The notes: generated by a model from the letters alone, not told the origin. A stretch of DNA of 63,990 nt, filler included, from Conidiobolus incongruus B7586 (GCA_000697335.1; 8 parts of 8 records of this genome joined end to end with filler, not necessarily neighbours in it); one strand, 5' to 3'. Counted from the whole stretch's first letter, positions 12,456 to 27,000 are shown. A program made the numbers and translations.

Positions 12456-12871
12456 CGTTGTTATAACCGTGTATTGACAATTAGGAATTTATGGGATTGT
12501 TCAGAAATGATGATAAATTAAATATAAGATTGTTTGATTTGAACAGCAAATCTAATCAATTTGAATCTTCTATATCATTTAAATTGATTACTATAGCCAT
12601 ATAAATTGAATTGAGTGGTTTATTATTATTATCTCTATATACTTATTTATTAAAATTAAATAATTTACTTAAAATAATGACAATAGTTTATATTTTAATT
12701 AAGATATATTGAATCTGTTATATTGTTAGTTCGAAACATTATTGCAAATTAAAAAAGTTAATAATTTGTTAATTAATATATTTATTTAGAAGTGATTGAA
12801 GTATACTTAATATAAAAATATACTAAAATAAATAGATGCATGATGCCATAATTTCAATGGTTATAAATAAA

Positions 12872-13726
12872 TTAAAATTCAATTTCATCATGAAAATGAT
12901 TCAAAGGTCCGTTTCCACTGCCTACGGGGAAGCCAAGTTTAATAGCACTATTCACATATTTGATCGCTTTACCAATCGCTGTCCTGACATCGTACCCACG
13001 CGCCAAGAAAGCGGCAATTGAAGCGGATAGCGTACAACCTGAGCCGTGAGTATGGATGGAAGGAATAAAAGGATTCTTAAAGAAATCGAATTTTTCGCCA
13101 TCATAACCCACGTCAATGGTCCACTTGCCATAAGTGTAAATACCATCCTGGATACGCTGCTCATTTTCGTCGTAGGGAGCATGACCACCCTTAATCAGCA
13201 CATAGTTATTAGTAATTTTATATAATTTTTTAGCCGCAATTTTCACATCTTCTAAACTTTTGATATTCATTCCTGATAAGATTTGAGCTTCGGGTAAATT
13301 CGGTGTGAACACATAAGCTAATGGGAGAATTTTATCAATCAGAGCGCTGATGGCGTCCTCATTTAGGAGCTTGGGTCCCTTCGTAGCTACCATAACGGGA
13401 TCCACCACTAATTTGGTGATCTTATACTGTTTGACTTTTTCAGCTACGTGGTTGATCACTTCAATACTACTTAACATTCCAGTCTTAGCTGTATCGGTCC
13501 CAATATCAGTCATAATGGAATCGAACTGGCTGTCGATGAACTCCGTAGACACTGGAAAAATCGCCTGAACTCCTAAAGTATTTTGGGCAGTCAGTGCAGT
13601 AATCACCGAAGTTCCATAAACCTTCAAACTTGTGAACGTCTTTAAATCGGCTTGAATCCCAGCACCTCCTCCACTGTCTGATCCAGCAATTGTCATAGCT
13701 TTACCAATTTTTTGATTATTCAACAT
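12872..13726 (-). CDS. thiD: Hydroxymethylpyrimidine/phosphomethylpyrimidine kinase (stand-alone ThiD; THI20 N-terminal domain)
   Basis: TIAGSDSGGGAGIQADLKT, TALTAQNT, KTGML, VVDPVMV, TPNLPEA, IKGGH, HTHGSGCTLS, G.G.GPLNH. Confidence 0.95.
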   Translation of the reverse strand: MLNNQKIGKAMTIAGSDSGGGAGIQADLKTFTSLKVYGTSVITALTAQNTLGVQAIFPVSTEFIDSQFDSIMTDIGTDTAKTGMLSSIEVINHVAEKVKQYKITKLVVDPVMVATKGPKLLNEDAISALIDKILPLAYVFTPNLPEAQILSGMNIKSLEDVKIAAKKLYKITNNYVLIKGGHAPYDENEQRIQDGIYTYGKWTIDVGYDGEKFDFFKNPFIPSIHTHGSGCTLSASIAAFLARGYDVRTAIGKAIKYVNSAIKLGFPVGSGNGPLNHFHDEIEF

Positions 13727-14955
13727 GTTCTTAATTTGTGTAAAAAAATTTATATTAGAATTCCTATCGTTGTCAAATTCATCAAAATAAAATAATTAAT
13801 TTGTATTAATCTATATTTATGGGTTATGTGATAAATGCAATATATGTGACTTTTGACTGGTATTAAGAACCAATTGGAAAAATTAGAACTGCTTTCATTG
13901 ACATCAACAACAATCGAAATTTTTTAAATTAGAAATGATTAAAACCTGATTTTGAAAATTGAGAGTTGAAGAATTATCATATTAAAATTCAAAACACTCA
14001 ATCAAAAGCACTGTGATATAATCAAAGTTTTATATAAAAATCTTACAATTGATAATTGTTCCATTTTAATGAACTTTAAATGCTAAGTTGCTTGTTTTTC
14101 TGCAATGATCAAAACCAATTAATTTTCAAATATTATCATAATTAATCAATCTAGCGATCTCATAATTATTATCAATAAAAATATACAAGTTGAAATTAAA
14201 ATGACGAATAAGAATATTGTTTATAAAACACAAATTTAATTATAAAATAATATATTTGGGATTAATCAATTTTTTCAAAGAATATCTTTGAATTTGATTA
14301 CACTTACCTTATTAAGCATTCTTGAACATTAAATTCAATAAAATCTAAATAGACCAAAAGAAAATTCCAATAAGGGGAACCCTGAGTTCTTAAAAATGCA
14401 TTTATCCAATTTCTAAAAAGAACTTATATTAATTAATTATTAAATTCAAAATGACATAAATTGAATTGAATAAAATTATTTAATTTAATATGATTAATTT
14501 AATAATATTGAATGAAATCTTTAATTTTATATCAAGGAAATAGATATAAGGATTTAAAAAATCAAATATGGCCAAAACCACAAATTTTAGTTACATCAGG
14601 TTATGTGTAATAATTTGAAAAAATTTATTTTATTAAATATAACTGACAAATATTTTTAAAGCTTTTTCATTAAACTATATGAGTCTCTCTTTCTTCCATA
14701 ATAGTAATATTTTTTAGGAAATTAATCCATTGTTTTCACAAAATAGTATGTTCATTAGAAATACAGTAATGATCATCAATAGAAGATAATATAGCATTAC
14801 AATTTATTCAAGTTATAACAAAGTAGATGACATTTAATATAATTAATATTGATCAATTTAATAGATATAAAATCTATCAGATTAACAGAATCCATCTAAC
14901 TGTGAATGTTCTATTTTAAGTAAAATCAAAACTCTTTTCCAAAAGGATCAAATTA

Positions 14956-14964
14956 ATGAGTCAT
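14956..14964. promoter_or_regulatory. Gcn4/CpcA (AP-1 type) binding site upstream of HOM2
   Basis: Perfect ATGAGTCAT about 150 nt upstream of the ATG of an amino-acid biosynthesis gene. Confidence 0.6.
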
Positions 14965-15110
14965 GATGTTTCACCAACTAAAATAAAAATCCCATAACAA
15001 AGTCTGAGAACGCTCCACTTTGAATATCAGTCATAAATATCAGATCAGCACTTTAGAATGTTTTAAATCTTAATAGCCTAAATATTAATACTAATAATAA
15101 AATATTCTAA

Positions 15111-16261
15111 ATGAGCCAAAATTCTGAAAAATTTAAAGTTGGTATCTTGGGTGCCACCGGCACTGTTGGTCAACGTTTTATCTCCCTTTTGGAGAATCAT
15201 CCACAATTTGTGGTTCATAAGTTGGGTGCTTCATCACGTAGCAGCGGTAAGCCCTATTACCAGAGTGTGAGATGGAAGATGACTGTACCTATTCCTGAAA
15301 ATGTAAGAAATTTGGTTGTTGAAGAATGCGTCCCCGAAGCTTTCAAGGAGTGTGACGTCGTTTTTTCAGGTTTGGACTCAAGCGTAGCTGGGCAAATTGG
15401 TATTTGATATTATCTTAAGTTTTATTTGCCAATAACATTAAATCAATACATTTAGAAAAGGCATTTGTCGAAGCTGATTTAGTCGTATTCTCCAATGCTA
15501 AGAACTATCGTCAAGATCCTCAAGTTCCTTTGGTCGTCCCTACAGCCAATCCTGAGCATTTAGATTTTATTCCCCTTCAAAAGCAAATCCGCAGCTTGAA
15601 TAAGGGTTTCTTAGTTACTAATGCTAATTGCTCAGTCACCGGCTTAGCAGTTGTCCTCCGCGCTTTAGAAGATGCTTTTGGTCCCATTTCCCAAGTTATC
15701 GTCACCACTCTTCAAGCCATCTCCGGCGCTGGATACCCAGGATGTTCCGCTTTAGATCTCTTGGACAATGTCGTACCATTTATTGGTGACGAAGAAGACA
15801 AGATCGAGTTGGAACCATTGAAAATCTTGGGTAAAATCCACCCCGACGGCCAACAATTCCAACATCTCAGTCACATGACCGTTTCAGCCAGTGTCAATCG
15901 TGTTCCCGTCGTCGATGGCCACACAGAAGCCGTATCTATTAAATTCGCTAATCCCAATCCCCCCACACCTCAACAGATCATCGAGGCTTTGGACAAATAC
16001 CAAACTGAATGCCAACAACTCCAATGCTTTTCGGCTCCCGAAAAGGCTATCGTCGTCACTGTAGACGAAGATCGCCCCCAACCCCGATTGGATCGTATGA
16101 ACGGCAACGGTAACTCTGTCACAGTTGGTAGAATTAGAGAGTGCCCCATTTTTGATGTCAAATTTACTCTTTTGGTTCACAATACTATCTTGGGAGCTGC
16201 TGGTAGTAGTATATTAAATGCTGAAATCGCAATTGCTAAAGGATATCTTAAGAAACATTAA
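15111..16261 (+). CDS. HOM2: Aspartate-semialdehyde dehydrogenase, 2 exons (intron 15400-15455)
   Basis: GILGATGTVGQRF, FSNAKNYR.DP.VPLVVP, catalytic NANCS, QAISGAGYPG, RVPVVDGHTE, HNTILGAAG. Confidence 0.97.
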
Positions 16262-16607
16262 ATTACTCAGTTAATATAATTTTATAAAACTAACCATATA
16301 ACACTAATTCTTTATTTCTCAACATTTTATTATTAATTTGATTAAAGAATTTAAAATATTTTTTCATTATAATAATTAACACTTATTAAATAGTATTTAA
16401 TATTTTTAAAGGTTTAATTATTTCTATAAAATTTTTCAATCAATTAATATTTTAATTTGAAACCAAACTGAATAGATAATTTAATAAAATCCCATAAATT
16501 TATTTATTTTAAATTATTTATTTATATACCATCACCAATTATCAAAAATAATATATTTAATTTAATAACAAAAATATCACTTAAATTTAATCTGATCAAC
16601 AAAATCA

Positions 16608-17604
16608 ATGGTATTAGCAATAGCAAAACCTAAATTTAGCGGATTAGTATGTTTCTATAAACCTCAAGGTGTTGGTAGCACCAACGTAGTTAGATACCTC
16701 CAAAAAGTATTGAACTGTTACTACTATGACTTGAATTTGGATACTGTCAAAGTACCTACAGGATTCCTTCCATCTCCTAGTAAAGTTGGAGATCTGGCTA
16801 GGAAGGTCGGTCATGGAGGTACTTTGGATCCGTTGGCAGAAGGATGCTTAGGTAATATATTATAATGATTATATTTAATTGTTGATTAAATAATATGTAA
16901 TCAATAGTATTGGGAGTTGGAGAAGGTACCAAAATTTTGAACAAATTTTTAAACTGTACAAAAGTATTTCTGTTATATCATAAATATTCTTTTCAAAATT
17001 GAATAACTTCAAAATCTAGGAATATTTGGCTACTGGTAAATTAGGAATTGAAACCGATTCATACGATATTCAGGGTACAGTTAAAAAGGAATTACCTTAT
17101 GATCATATTAATCAAAAATTGTTTGAGGACACTTTGGACCAGTTTCGAGGTAGTATTTTGCAAACACCTCCCAAGTAATTCATTCAATAATCATATAACT
17201 TGAACTTAAATTTACAATGAATATTTAGATTCTCTGCAAAACAAATCAATGGCAAACGCCTATACGATTTAGCACGCAAACAACCCGACATTCATGTCAC
17301 CATCCCACCAGCTCGAGTTCACGTGCATCAACTCACATGCAACCAGTTGGAATTTGACGCTGACGGCAATCTCTTACCAACTTTTAAACTCCAAATGGAA
17401 GTGAGTAAAGGGACCTACGTCCGCAGTATCATCCATGACCTGGGGCAAAAACTTGGGTGTGGAGCGACCATGACGAATTTGATCAGAACTCGACAAGGCC
17501 CCTTCACTCTGGATCACTGTATTAAGATGGAGGATGCTAAAAATTTAGATTTATTGAAATTTCATTTGGATGAAAGCTGGAAATTGATTAAGCAAATGAA
17601 TTAG
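16608..17604 (+). CDS. PUS4: tRNA pseudouridine(55) synthase, TruB family, 4 exons
   Basis: [87 protein letters not shown]; three GT-AG introns. Confidence 0.94.
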
Positions 17605-18608
17605 ATAGCTGAGTTATAGAATTAGATTTGAATAGACTATTTATTTATTTATTTTATATAAAAAGTTTAGTGTATAATAAAAATTGATTTAAGTTTGATT
17701 GTTATTGTATTATGTAATTATAGTAATTGTCTGCTTTCGTTGTCAATATGGCTTAAATTGGGAATTATTGATTAAAATTCAATAAAAAATAACTGTTATC
17801 CATATTTAATCAATACGATTAAGTTAATTATAATTTTCATGACCAACGAAATTCAATTGGAACCAAGAATTTTTCATTTTTCAATAAGAATTTACCATAA
17901 TTTTTTTTTGAAAATTAATTATTTTAATTAATTGTAAAAATTTTTAATCATTAATATTCATAATATCATATTAAAATATGAATACTAGTTTGGGATGACA
18001 TATAAAAATTCTTAAATTTGATACTTCGAATACAATAGATTCATAAATATTCCTAGTATTTATAGATTTCTTGAATTGGATAATGAAAGAAAGCTTGTAA
18101 ATACTCTTAAAACTATTCTTTACGTTTAATACTTGATATTCAAAAAGCAACTCTTATTTATTTTATTCAAAGAATTAATGATTTGAAATTTTAATGTGAA
18201 TATAAAAATATACCGGATTATCTATAATCTACAAATTATTTTATCAATAATTTATATTTAAATATATCACCTATTTATTATTCAAAGTAATAATGGTTGA
18301 AATCTTGATTATTGGAATGTATATTGGTTCTTATTAATTAAATAAAATTAATTATCAACGTATTATAATGTAAATTTTCAATCAATTTATTGAATAATAA
18401 AGTTTCATTGAGCGATAATATCTTGACCACTGCTATATTCGTTGTTATATACAGTTAAACCAATAGAATGATTTGAATAGATCACCATGCTCAAATTTCC
18501 ATTATATTCACGTATCACAATTCAACTTATCTTTGTTTGATATTAACCCGGATTGGTATAAATTACAGCTTTGAAGTTAATTTCATCAATATCACAATTG
18601 ATATTACA

Positions 18609-19343
18609 ATGAAACTCTTCTCTGGCTTAATCTTACTTTCATCACTTGCTGTCACCTCTGCTAACCCTTTGGAGACAGCTTTCCGCTCATGTCCCAATGT
18701 TCTCTCCTGTACTCAATCCGTTGATACTTGCTGCAGTCCAAAATTTGGATTAGTTGTCTTAGCACTCCAATGGATCTCCGACTTGGGACCCGATAATGCA
18801 TGGACAGTTCACGGATTGTGGCCCAACGAATGTGACGGTAGTCATGGCCCATCCAACGGATGTGATGATGATCGTCACTACGACAATATTGACGAACTTG
18901 TAGCAGCTGATCGCAATTTAGAATCTCAAATGAATACCTACTGGGCATCCTACAAAGGGGATAATCCCTCATTCTGGAGTCACGAATGGAACAAGCACGG
19001 TACCTGCCTCAGCACTATCGAACCCAGATGCTACTCCAACTACCGTACCGGTCAGGAAGTCCGTGACTATTTCAAGCAAGCTCTAGCGCTCCGTGGTCAA
19101 TACGATCTCTACAAAATCCTCGCCAAAGGCGGCGTTACCCCAGGGCGTACCTACTCCAGAGACCAGATTAACAATGCTTTCGAAAATGAATTGGGATATT
19201 CTGTCACTTTGAAATGTAAGGGTAAAGCTCTTCAGGAAGTAATATTGAACTTCAAAGTCAAGGGAGCTAACAGCTATGTGTTGGTAGATGCTGAAAATGG
19301 AGGTAACTGTCCATCTAAAGGTATTCAATACCAAAACAAATAG
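18609..19343 (+). CDS. Secreted/vacuolar ribonuclease T2
   Basis: Signal peptide from ATG 18609 (MKLFSGLILLSSLAVTSA); CAS I WTVHGLWP and CAS II FWSHEWNKHGTC. Confidence 0.95.
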   Translation: MKLFSGLILLSSLAVTSANPLETAFRSCPNVLSCTQSVDTCCSPKFGLVVLALQWISDLGPDNAWTVHGLWPNECDGSHGPSNGCDDDRHYDNIDELVAADRNLESQMNTYWASYKGDNPSFWSHEWNKHGTCLSTIEPRCYSNYRTGQEVRDYFKQALALRGQYDLYKILAKGGVTPGRTYSRDQINNAFENELGYSVTLKCKGKALQEVILNFKVKGANSYVLVDAENGGNCPSKGIQYQNK

Positions 19344-20675
19344 ATTTTAACAAATTATCTTGTATCAATTATTATATTGAAATTTTGATAATCAATTTTG
19401 AAATTAAATAAAATTAACCCAATTTTCATATAAAATTCTATCTATCTAATCAAATTTATATTCTAATGATTGATATCCTTTAAAATATACACATATATTG
19501 CTATCACTAACTTGAATATTTTCCATTTCACTAATAATTTAAAAAAATAATACTGGTATTTTATTATATTTTATTTGTTTTAATCAATTTAAATAAATTA
19601 AGTTCTTTTAAATTAAATTAATAAAGTATGATAGATAAATATATAGACTAATAATTGCGCATTTTAATATTATTCATATTAATAAATTTTGATTTAATTA
19701 AAATTATTCCTATCTTCATATATCATTTAACTGATTTTAATTAATTTTAATAATAAATTTAAAAAAATTCATTTTGATACAAATATAATAAAAATAATAA
19801 AAGAATTATAACGGCGATAATATTATATTAACTTCATATGTAAACAATCCAGTATTTATCAAAGATTTGTTATAATATTCAAGCTTTCGATATATTGAAT
19901 GATAAGTTATTTAATTGATATCAGATCCATATCAAAATTATATAATTATAATACACTCAAATCATAAAATCTTTTTACAACTTCAATAACAATCATTTAT
20001 ATATACAGAAATTAACTATTAATGTTGATACTTTTATATTTCACAGTATTAGTTATATTTTATATTAATTATTAAAATAATTTATTTTAAATTTTTCTAA
20101 AATTTAACTATATAAATAAATTTTACTCATAATTTTATTTTTGAATAATATTAAATTATTACAAATTTTAATAATTAATAATTAATAATTATATTAAATA
20201 ATATTAAAAAATATAAATATTTTTTTAAATCATTTAAAATAGTTAGTTTGAATAATTTAATAAAATAAGTGGTATAATATACATAAATTGACTAAAATTG
20301 ACTAAAATATTTTATTGAAAACTCTTAATTTATTAACAATAATTTTTGTCAATTAATTCTTTCTAAAATAATTTTAAATTTTATTTGAGATTATAAATAT
20401 TTTATATTCTCAATGATTTAAAATATCAAAAAATATTGAAATATTAAAAAAATATTATTTAATTTAAAAATTTTAAAATTTTTGGAGAAAAGAGTATAAT
20501 TAATATTAATTTTATTAATAAATGTTATATATAAATATTTTGATTTTTGATATTTAATTCTAAATATAGTTTCAAAATACTCCAAATCCCATAATTTAAT
20601 ATATTAAAATTACCTATATTTAAATCTGTTCAAATTGAATTATATTCATTTTGATTTTAGAATAATTAAATAAAA

Positions 20676-21420
20676 ATGGTAATTAATAATCATAAATATA
20701 AAAATCAAAAACTCATATAAATTAATATATTATATAATATAAATATTAATAAATAAATTTTAGCCTAACAATAAACGTCATAATTTAAAAGATATTAAAA
20801 AGAAGGATAAGGCGCATCCTTACTCCAGAAAGGCTTCCCAAATTCAGAGAGCTATTGAGCGCAATATTAAAGTAGAAAAGAAGAAAATGTCGAGATTTTC
20901 AGGTCCCCATATGAAAAGTACTATTCACTCTAAATTCAAACCTACAAATTTCTAACATAATTTTAGGAGCTGAAAGATTTCTATGGTTCCGTCACGCTTT
21001 GGACGAGGCAGTCGCCAGTGCTACTATTGAAGAAGTTCACGATTTAATTCAAACTTATTTGGAGCGCAACGAAGATGAAGTTAATTCTAATTCCAAAAGT
21101 TTTCAAGCTGATATGATTAAATTACAAGCTGCTAAAGAATTAAAAGAGTATGAAGTTGAAGGCTTTGGTAATTTTTAAAATATCAAATAATTATAATAAC
21201 TTTAATTAATAATATAAATTTAGAATTACCAGATTTAACAAATCCAAAAAATGTTAAAATATTAAGGTAAATCTTTAAAAAAATGATTTAATTAAATATT
21301 TTTTTAAAAAAATTAATAAATTTTAGGGAATGGGATGGAGATATTAATTCAATTCAATCTATCAAATCTATAACAGTTACAAAACCTAAAAATTTGGAAA
21401 ATTTACCCCTTCCTATATAA
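20676..21420 (+). CDS. TMA16: Translation machinery-associated protein 16, 5 exons; absent from the ORF track
   Basis: Spliced: M/PNNKRHNLKDIKKKDKAHPYSRKASQIQRA...ERFLWFR...HDLIQTYLERNEDE...EYEVEGF/ELPDLTNPKNVKILR/EWDGD...*. HP.SRKA and PDLT...WDG are family motifs. Confidence 0.85.
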
Positions 21421-22060
21421 TTAAATTATTAGACTTATTAAAATAGACTTTAGTTAAGATGAAAATTTAAATATATATATATATATATATTATTTTGATT
21501 TATTTATTTTTTTATAATATATATTGATCAAAATAATTATTAATTAGCATTAATAATTAATGAAATTCATTTTTATATTGATTTATTTTGAATTTTAAAA
21601 TTTAGAAAATATTAATCATTATATAATTATATAAATTAATTTTTCAGTAAATTATACTTATGTATCAATTGATAATATATCATTTAATAAAAACTGATAA
21701 AAATTTTTATTCCAATAATTATAAAGCTTTCATTCGATTAGGATATCAAAATGGATATTAACCAAATTTCAAAATTTAATGAGTATTTGATTGTAAATTG
21801 AGTTAATGTTTAATGATAATAAATATCTTAATATATTATTAATTAGGATAATTATTTTTTATTATATGATAAAATATAAATTACTGTTTTTAATTATTAT
21901 AAATAATATTTTTTATCATTAAGAATATTAAATTTGAAAATTAATTTAATCTTTTATTATTAGTTGAAAAATATTTATTTATAAATAAATTAATAATATT
22001 TTATTTTAATTTATTTTTATATAATAATATAATTTAGGATTCCAAATTTATATTATTTGT

Positions 22061-22160
22061 NNNNNNNNNNNNNNNNNNNNNNNNNNNNNNNNNNNNNNNN
22101 NNNNTTAATTAATTAANNNNNNNNNNNNNNNNNNNNNNNNNNNNNNNNNNNNNNNNNNNN
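22061..22160. other. Artificial contig linker
   Basis: 44 N + TTAATTAATTAA + 44 N. Confidence 0.98.
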
Positions 22161-22412
22161 TGGGATACTATAGCAACCATCCACGGTAACAAACTGGTCA
22201 GAAGAGTACCATCTCTACTTCGAAAAGACTTAAGAAAACCAGCATTACCCCCAATTAATTCATTACACTTTAATCAAGCAATATTCTACATTCATTCTCT
22301 TTATCTGCAAACCATCTTCACAGAAACACCAATAACACCCCCATCAGAAGAAGACGCAAGAAAATGTTTTAGACAAGAAATTACTCAAAATCCGATAGAT
22401 ATCGTTACGTAA
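22161..22412 (+). mobile_element. 3' end of an ORF at the contig start, possibly a LINE ORF2 C-terminus
   Basis: 83 open codons (WDTIATIHGNKLVRR...NQAIFYIHSLYLQ...*) beginning at the gap, with A/C-rich composition unlike the flanks; no diagnostic motif. Confidence 0.35.
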
Positions 22413-22625
22413 TTACACGAAAAACATAACACAAGATAATGAATTCCACATTCTCTAAGCAAATAATTAATTAGCAAATTTAAATTAGTAATATATCACA
22501 CTTGTCTATCAGACGAAGTGACGGATTTATTACGTCGATCCCATAAATTGTCGAATAAATCCTTTCCTCATAAAAAAAAAAATGTGCATAACCAACAAAG
22601 ATATAATTAGACTAACTTTTAAAAA

Positions 22626-23683
22626 ATGTCAGTGGAAATTAATAGACAGTCAACTTCGAATAGTATCAATATATCTCAAAATAACAACGAAAAACTTAGC
22701 TTAGTATTCCAATGTAAAAAATGTTCCACTATAATTGGTGATTCTTCTTGTTGGTATGGAGCCAGTTCAAAATTAAAATGTATTATATTGAAAGGTATAA
22801 TAAATGCAAATTATATATTTTCATTTATTTATTTATTTATGTTTACTGTTAGTACAACATCCCAACACTAAAATTTCTAATAGTGTTAGCACTTCTACTG
22901 AAGAACATGATCTTGGTTGGTATGCCAATATGTCTATAATCAATCGTTATTCATTAATTGATCTATCTTTATTATAGCACATATGTATTATTGAAATGTA
23001 AGATATGTGATTCAACTATTGGTAAAGTTTATAAAGCAACAAGTAGTAAAATGGACAATTTAAGGTGTTTATTAGTATTGAATAATTATGATCATTTTTA
23101 AACTTATTATTTTAAATAGAGATAAATTCACTTATAATGTTAACAGTTTTACAACGTAAATTTTATTATTTTTCATAAATTTTAATACACTAACTAGGTT
23201 GGCTGTATTAGATACCAATTGGGTGGTTATTCAACACCTCAAGAAACTATTCGAGAGTCAGAGCAAGTTTTAGAATTAGGAGATACAAAACCTTTGATTG
23301 ATTCGATATCTCAGATCAAGCAGATTATATGCGCATTCCACGATAGAATATCAAAAATTGAGCGAGATACCAATAACGAGGCTAATCAAGATGTATCAAT
23401 GGATAATCATATATCTCAAAATGGTGATGTAGATCGGAGTGTCATTGTTTTGGAAGATGAATCCGAGCATGAGCCCGAAACACCAGAAATACCACCTGCA
23501 CCAATCACAGTAAATATGAATGGTGGAAATCATGAAGAGCAAAATTCTGGAGCTGAAACAAATCAATCAATAGATAGAAGTAAACGCAAGGACAAGCCAA
23601 ACTTAAAATCAGACTCTCAACCTGGTAATCAAAGGCGAACTCTAAGGAGAAACTCGAAAAAGAAAATTAAGTATACGCGATGA
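22626..23683 (+). CDS. mis18: Mis18 (Yippee-like zinc-binding) centromere licensing protein, 5 exons
   Basis: Spliced: LVFQCKKCSTIIGDS...D.GCTYVLLKCKICDSTIGKVYKATSSKMDNLRDKFTY...TYQLG. Two CxxC pairs, then a C-terminal helix and disordered basic tail. Confidence 0.85.
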
Positions 23684-26600
23684 TTACATCCGAGCATATA
23701 GTTTTAAATTTAACATATTTTGCTTTATGCAAGATACTAATTTATTCGACTACAAGGTGTAAACTTTGCACATAACATTCTATTTAATTTAGCATCTCCT
23801 TTTTACTTAATTTACTAACTAACTTTTAATTTCTAAATTAAAAATATATAAAAGTAATATCAATTTTAGTTGATAATATCTAATATATATTAATAGAATA
23901 ATATCTGTTAAACAAATTTAACTATACATTTTGTGACATTGTGATATCTACACTATATAATATTACTTTCATAAGATTTATTAGCCATCGAATGATTATA
24001 TATTTAGTTAGGTTTGATTGTATATGAATTTTAAAATTGATTGTTTTTCTCTATTTCACTATTTCCTCTAAAAACTGCAACTTTAATTTTCAATTATTTC
24101 GAGAATTAAAATTGAATTTTCTAAATTTTATAATAATTTTAAAATATCACATTTAAAAAGAATTAAGCTTTTTAAAGTAGAGCAAATAATGATAAAATTT
24201 AATTATTTTTTCTATTTTCTATTCTGATATTGGATTTTTAAATATTAATACTATCATAATGCAATCAATTTAGTTTATTAAAATTATTTTTGTATAAATT
24301 ATATATAAATCTATTACAATTATGACTGAATTCCTCTTATAAAATTCTATTGAATTTATTTTTATCTAATTCAAAAATTTCATAATAAATATAACAACTT
24401 TAAAATCACTCCATTCATATTAAATATTTTTTTAGAAATTTAGAATTTATTTTATGGTTTTAGGATTTGTTCAATATTATATTTTCTTATTTAAAATATA
24501 ATGTTAAAGAGATATTAAACTTATTGCAAAAACAGCTTTTTTGAATAATTGGTATAATCTAGATGTACTATAGAATATATTGCGCATTTAATGTGACTTT
24601 GATAGTAGAATTAGTCACATTAGCTAGATAATGTATGAAATATGTTACGCATTTAAAATTCCTTGAGATACTTCTCATCCCTCAAATGAAGTTTGTAATC
24701 AACCATTGTCAGATTTATTTCAATATCAATTGATAATGATCTAATATTGATAAATTGTGATTATCAAATCCGCTATTAATTGAGCATATTATAATATGAA
24801 ATTTAAACCATTTATTTATCAATATATCTTTAGATTGAGATTCGTTGGTTTTGGAAAGAATTATTACAACCAGTTAAAATTAGAATTAAAGCAATTTAAA
24901 AAAATAAGACTATAATAAATAAATATCATGATAATCTATTATACTATATTGTTTATTATCATTTTTATTACTTTAATATAGTTTTGCTATTGTCAACATA
25001 TATTATTATATAATGAAAGAAACATATGCAAATTCCTTAATAATTTATGAATGTACTTACCAATTGAGAAATATATTTTCTAGAATAATTAATAAAACTG
25101 ATAACTTGTTTGCTTTTCAAAGTGCTTGGTATTTTCAAAATATCCCCGAAGTTCAGCAATTTTATACCATTTTAAATTGAAATATATGTCCATCGGTGAT
25201 ATATTCGATATATTCATGACAATAACTGTCAAAATTTGTTTGAGAAAAATGGTATCCTATAGTATTTCACTTTTTGAAGAATGATATAATATTCTTTTTC
25301 TCATTAAAAACTCTAGAACACCGATATAGTATGTGTAATTAAATTACTATTTTTAGTTTTATAAAATCAGATTATTGATGATAGCTTCTTTTATTTAAAA
25401 GGATTTAATAATAAAACCTGAAATAGAGGTAATTATATAAAATCAATATTATTTATGTATAATAGTATAAATTTGAACATTTTATAAATTTTTATATTTT
25501 CAAATTTAATTTTAATGTTTAAAATCATGATTTTAAACACAAGGTTTGATTAAAATTGAAACTTAATTTTACCCAATTAAAAATATACTACTATTATTAG
25601 AACTTTCTCATAATCAATTTGAATTGTATTCTAGCAAAATGCTAATGGGAATAAAGTGAAAGGTTAGTATATTTTGACATCTAAATTTCCAATAATACTC
25701 CATAAAATTATAACCAAAATCCAATCTCTCAAATTTATACCCTTGTATTAATGAATTGGTATAAAAATAAATTAGATGATATAATACAACATATAACTTT
25801 GAAACTTTATGTGTACAATATTACCACCTATTAATAAATCATATCAAAAATAGAATATTCTGTTAACAAAATTGAACTCTGAGTTCAATTTTCAAAATTT
25901 GAAGGATAACTATTGAATAAAGTTTAGGAATAATTGTAAAAATTAAATTAATTATTATAATTTGCATTTATCCATTGTTAAAATCTCAATTATTGTTATA
26001 AAACTAATTAATTTTTATATTATTAAAATCATACAAAACAATATGATATAAAATTCCTTTAATATCAATAATATATCAAGTATGTTTACTCTTTGTATTT
26101 TATGCATCATATTAATTTTTACAAATTAATACATTATTCTTACTATTTTTTATAGCAAATCAAACAAAAAGGGGCTATAAATTGATAATTTTAAAGGAGC
26201 TAGAAAATGCTATAATTTATAACTCCTAATCATGCATTATTTTTTGGATCAATAGTTCAAAAATGAAATGCATAATATGTACAATTGAGAATCAATTATC
26301 AAGTTTGGAATTAAGCTGAAAATGTCACATTTTGACTAATTTTTTGTGATACTACTGTTCTAATGATTTGTAATATATTTAATAGAAATGTATGTATATA
26401 TCGTTCTAAATGAAATCGTGTAAAATCAATGCTATTTATGATTATTTAATTAAAAATTGAATTTGAAAGAGGAGCTTGTTTTCTGTTAATGTTGAACCAG
26501 TACCATCAAACCCTTAAAAAGAGGTAAATGGACTGAAACCACTATTATCGAAATGGGAGAAATATTTTACATAATTTGCAACGGTGATATTTCGGATCAT

Positions 26601-27000
26601 ATGTTCAATGAAATCTATGATGTTGGAAATTTATTTGATATCAAATACAATGGATAACATTGAGATCAGGTATGGAATCATTCAAGTGTGTGAGCAATAT
26701 TTTCTTATTTAGACCTTATACTGATTTGTCCTACTTGACAATTTACTTAAATGCCATATTAAGATTCTGATTATGGGTTAAATATATAGTGTTATTTATA
26801 GTCAACTCATTCTGTTGTTGAATACTATTTCAATATTGAATTAATTTTAATTATTTAATAAGTAATATATTTTATCCTCAAAATTGTTTATTGATATATA
26901 TTATTCATTCATTTTCAATTATTGATTTTGAAAATAATACTTAAATAATATAACTATATAATATTAATGCTGTCAATTTAACATTTTAATTGCTCAATAT

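Noticed and set aside
15003..15050. CTGAGA...TTGAA resembling a TPP riboswitch near thiD
   Set aside because: Lacks the CCTGATC/TAATGC/GCGTAGG core and stems, is on the wrong strand for thiD, and lies in the HOM2 promoter
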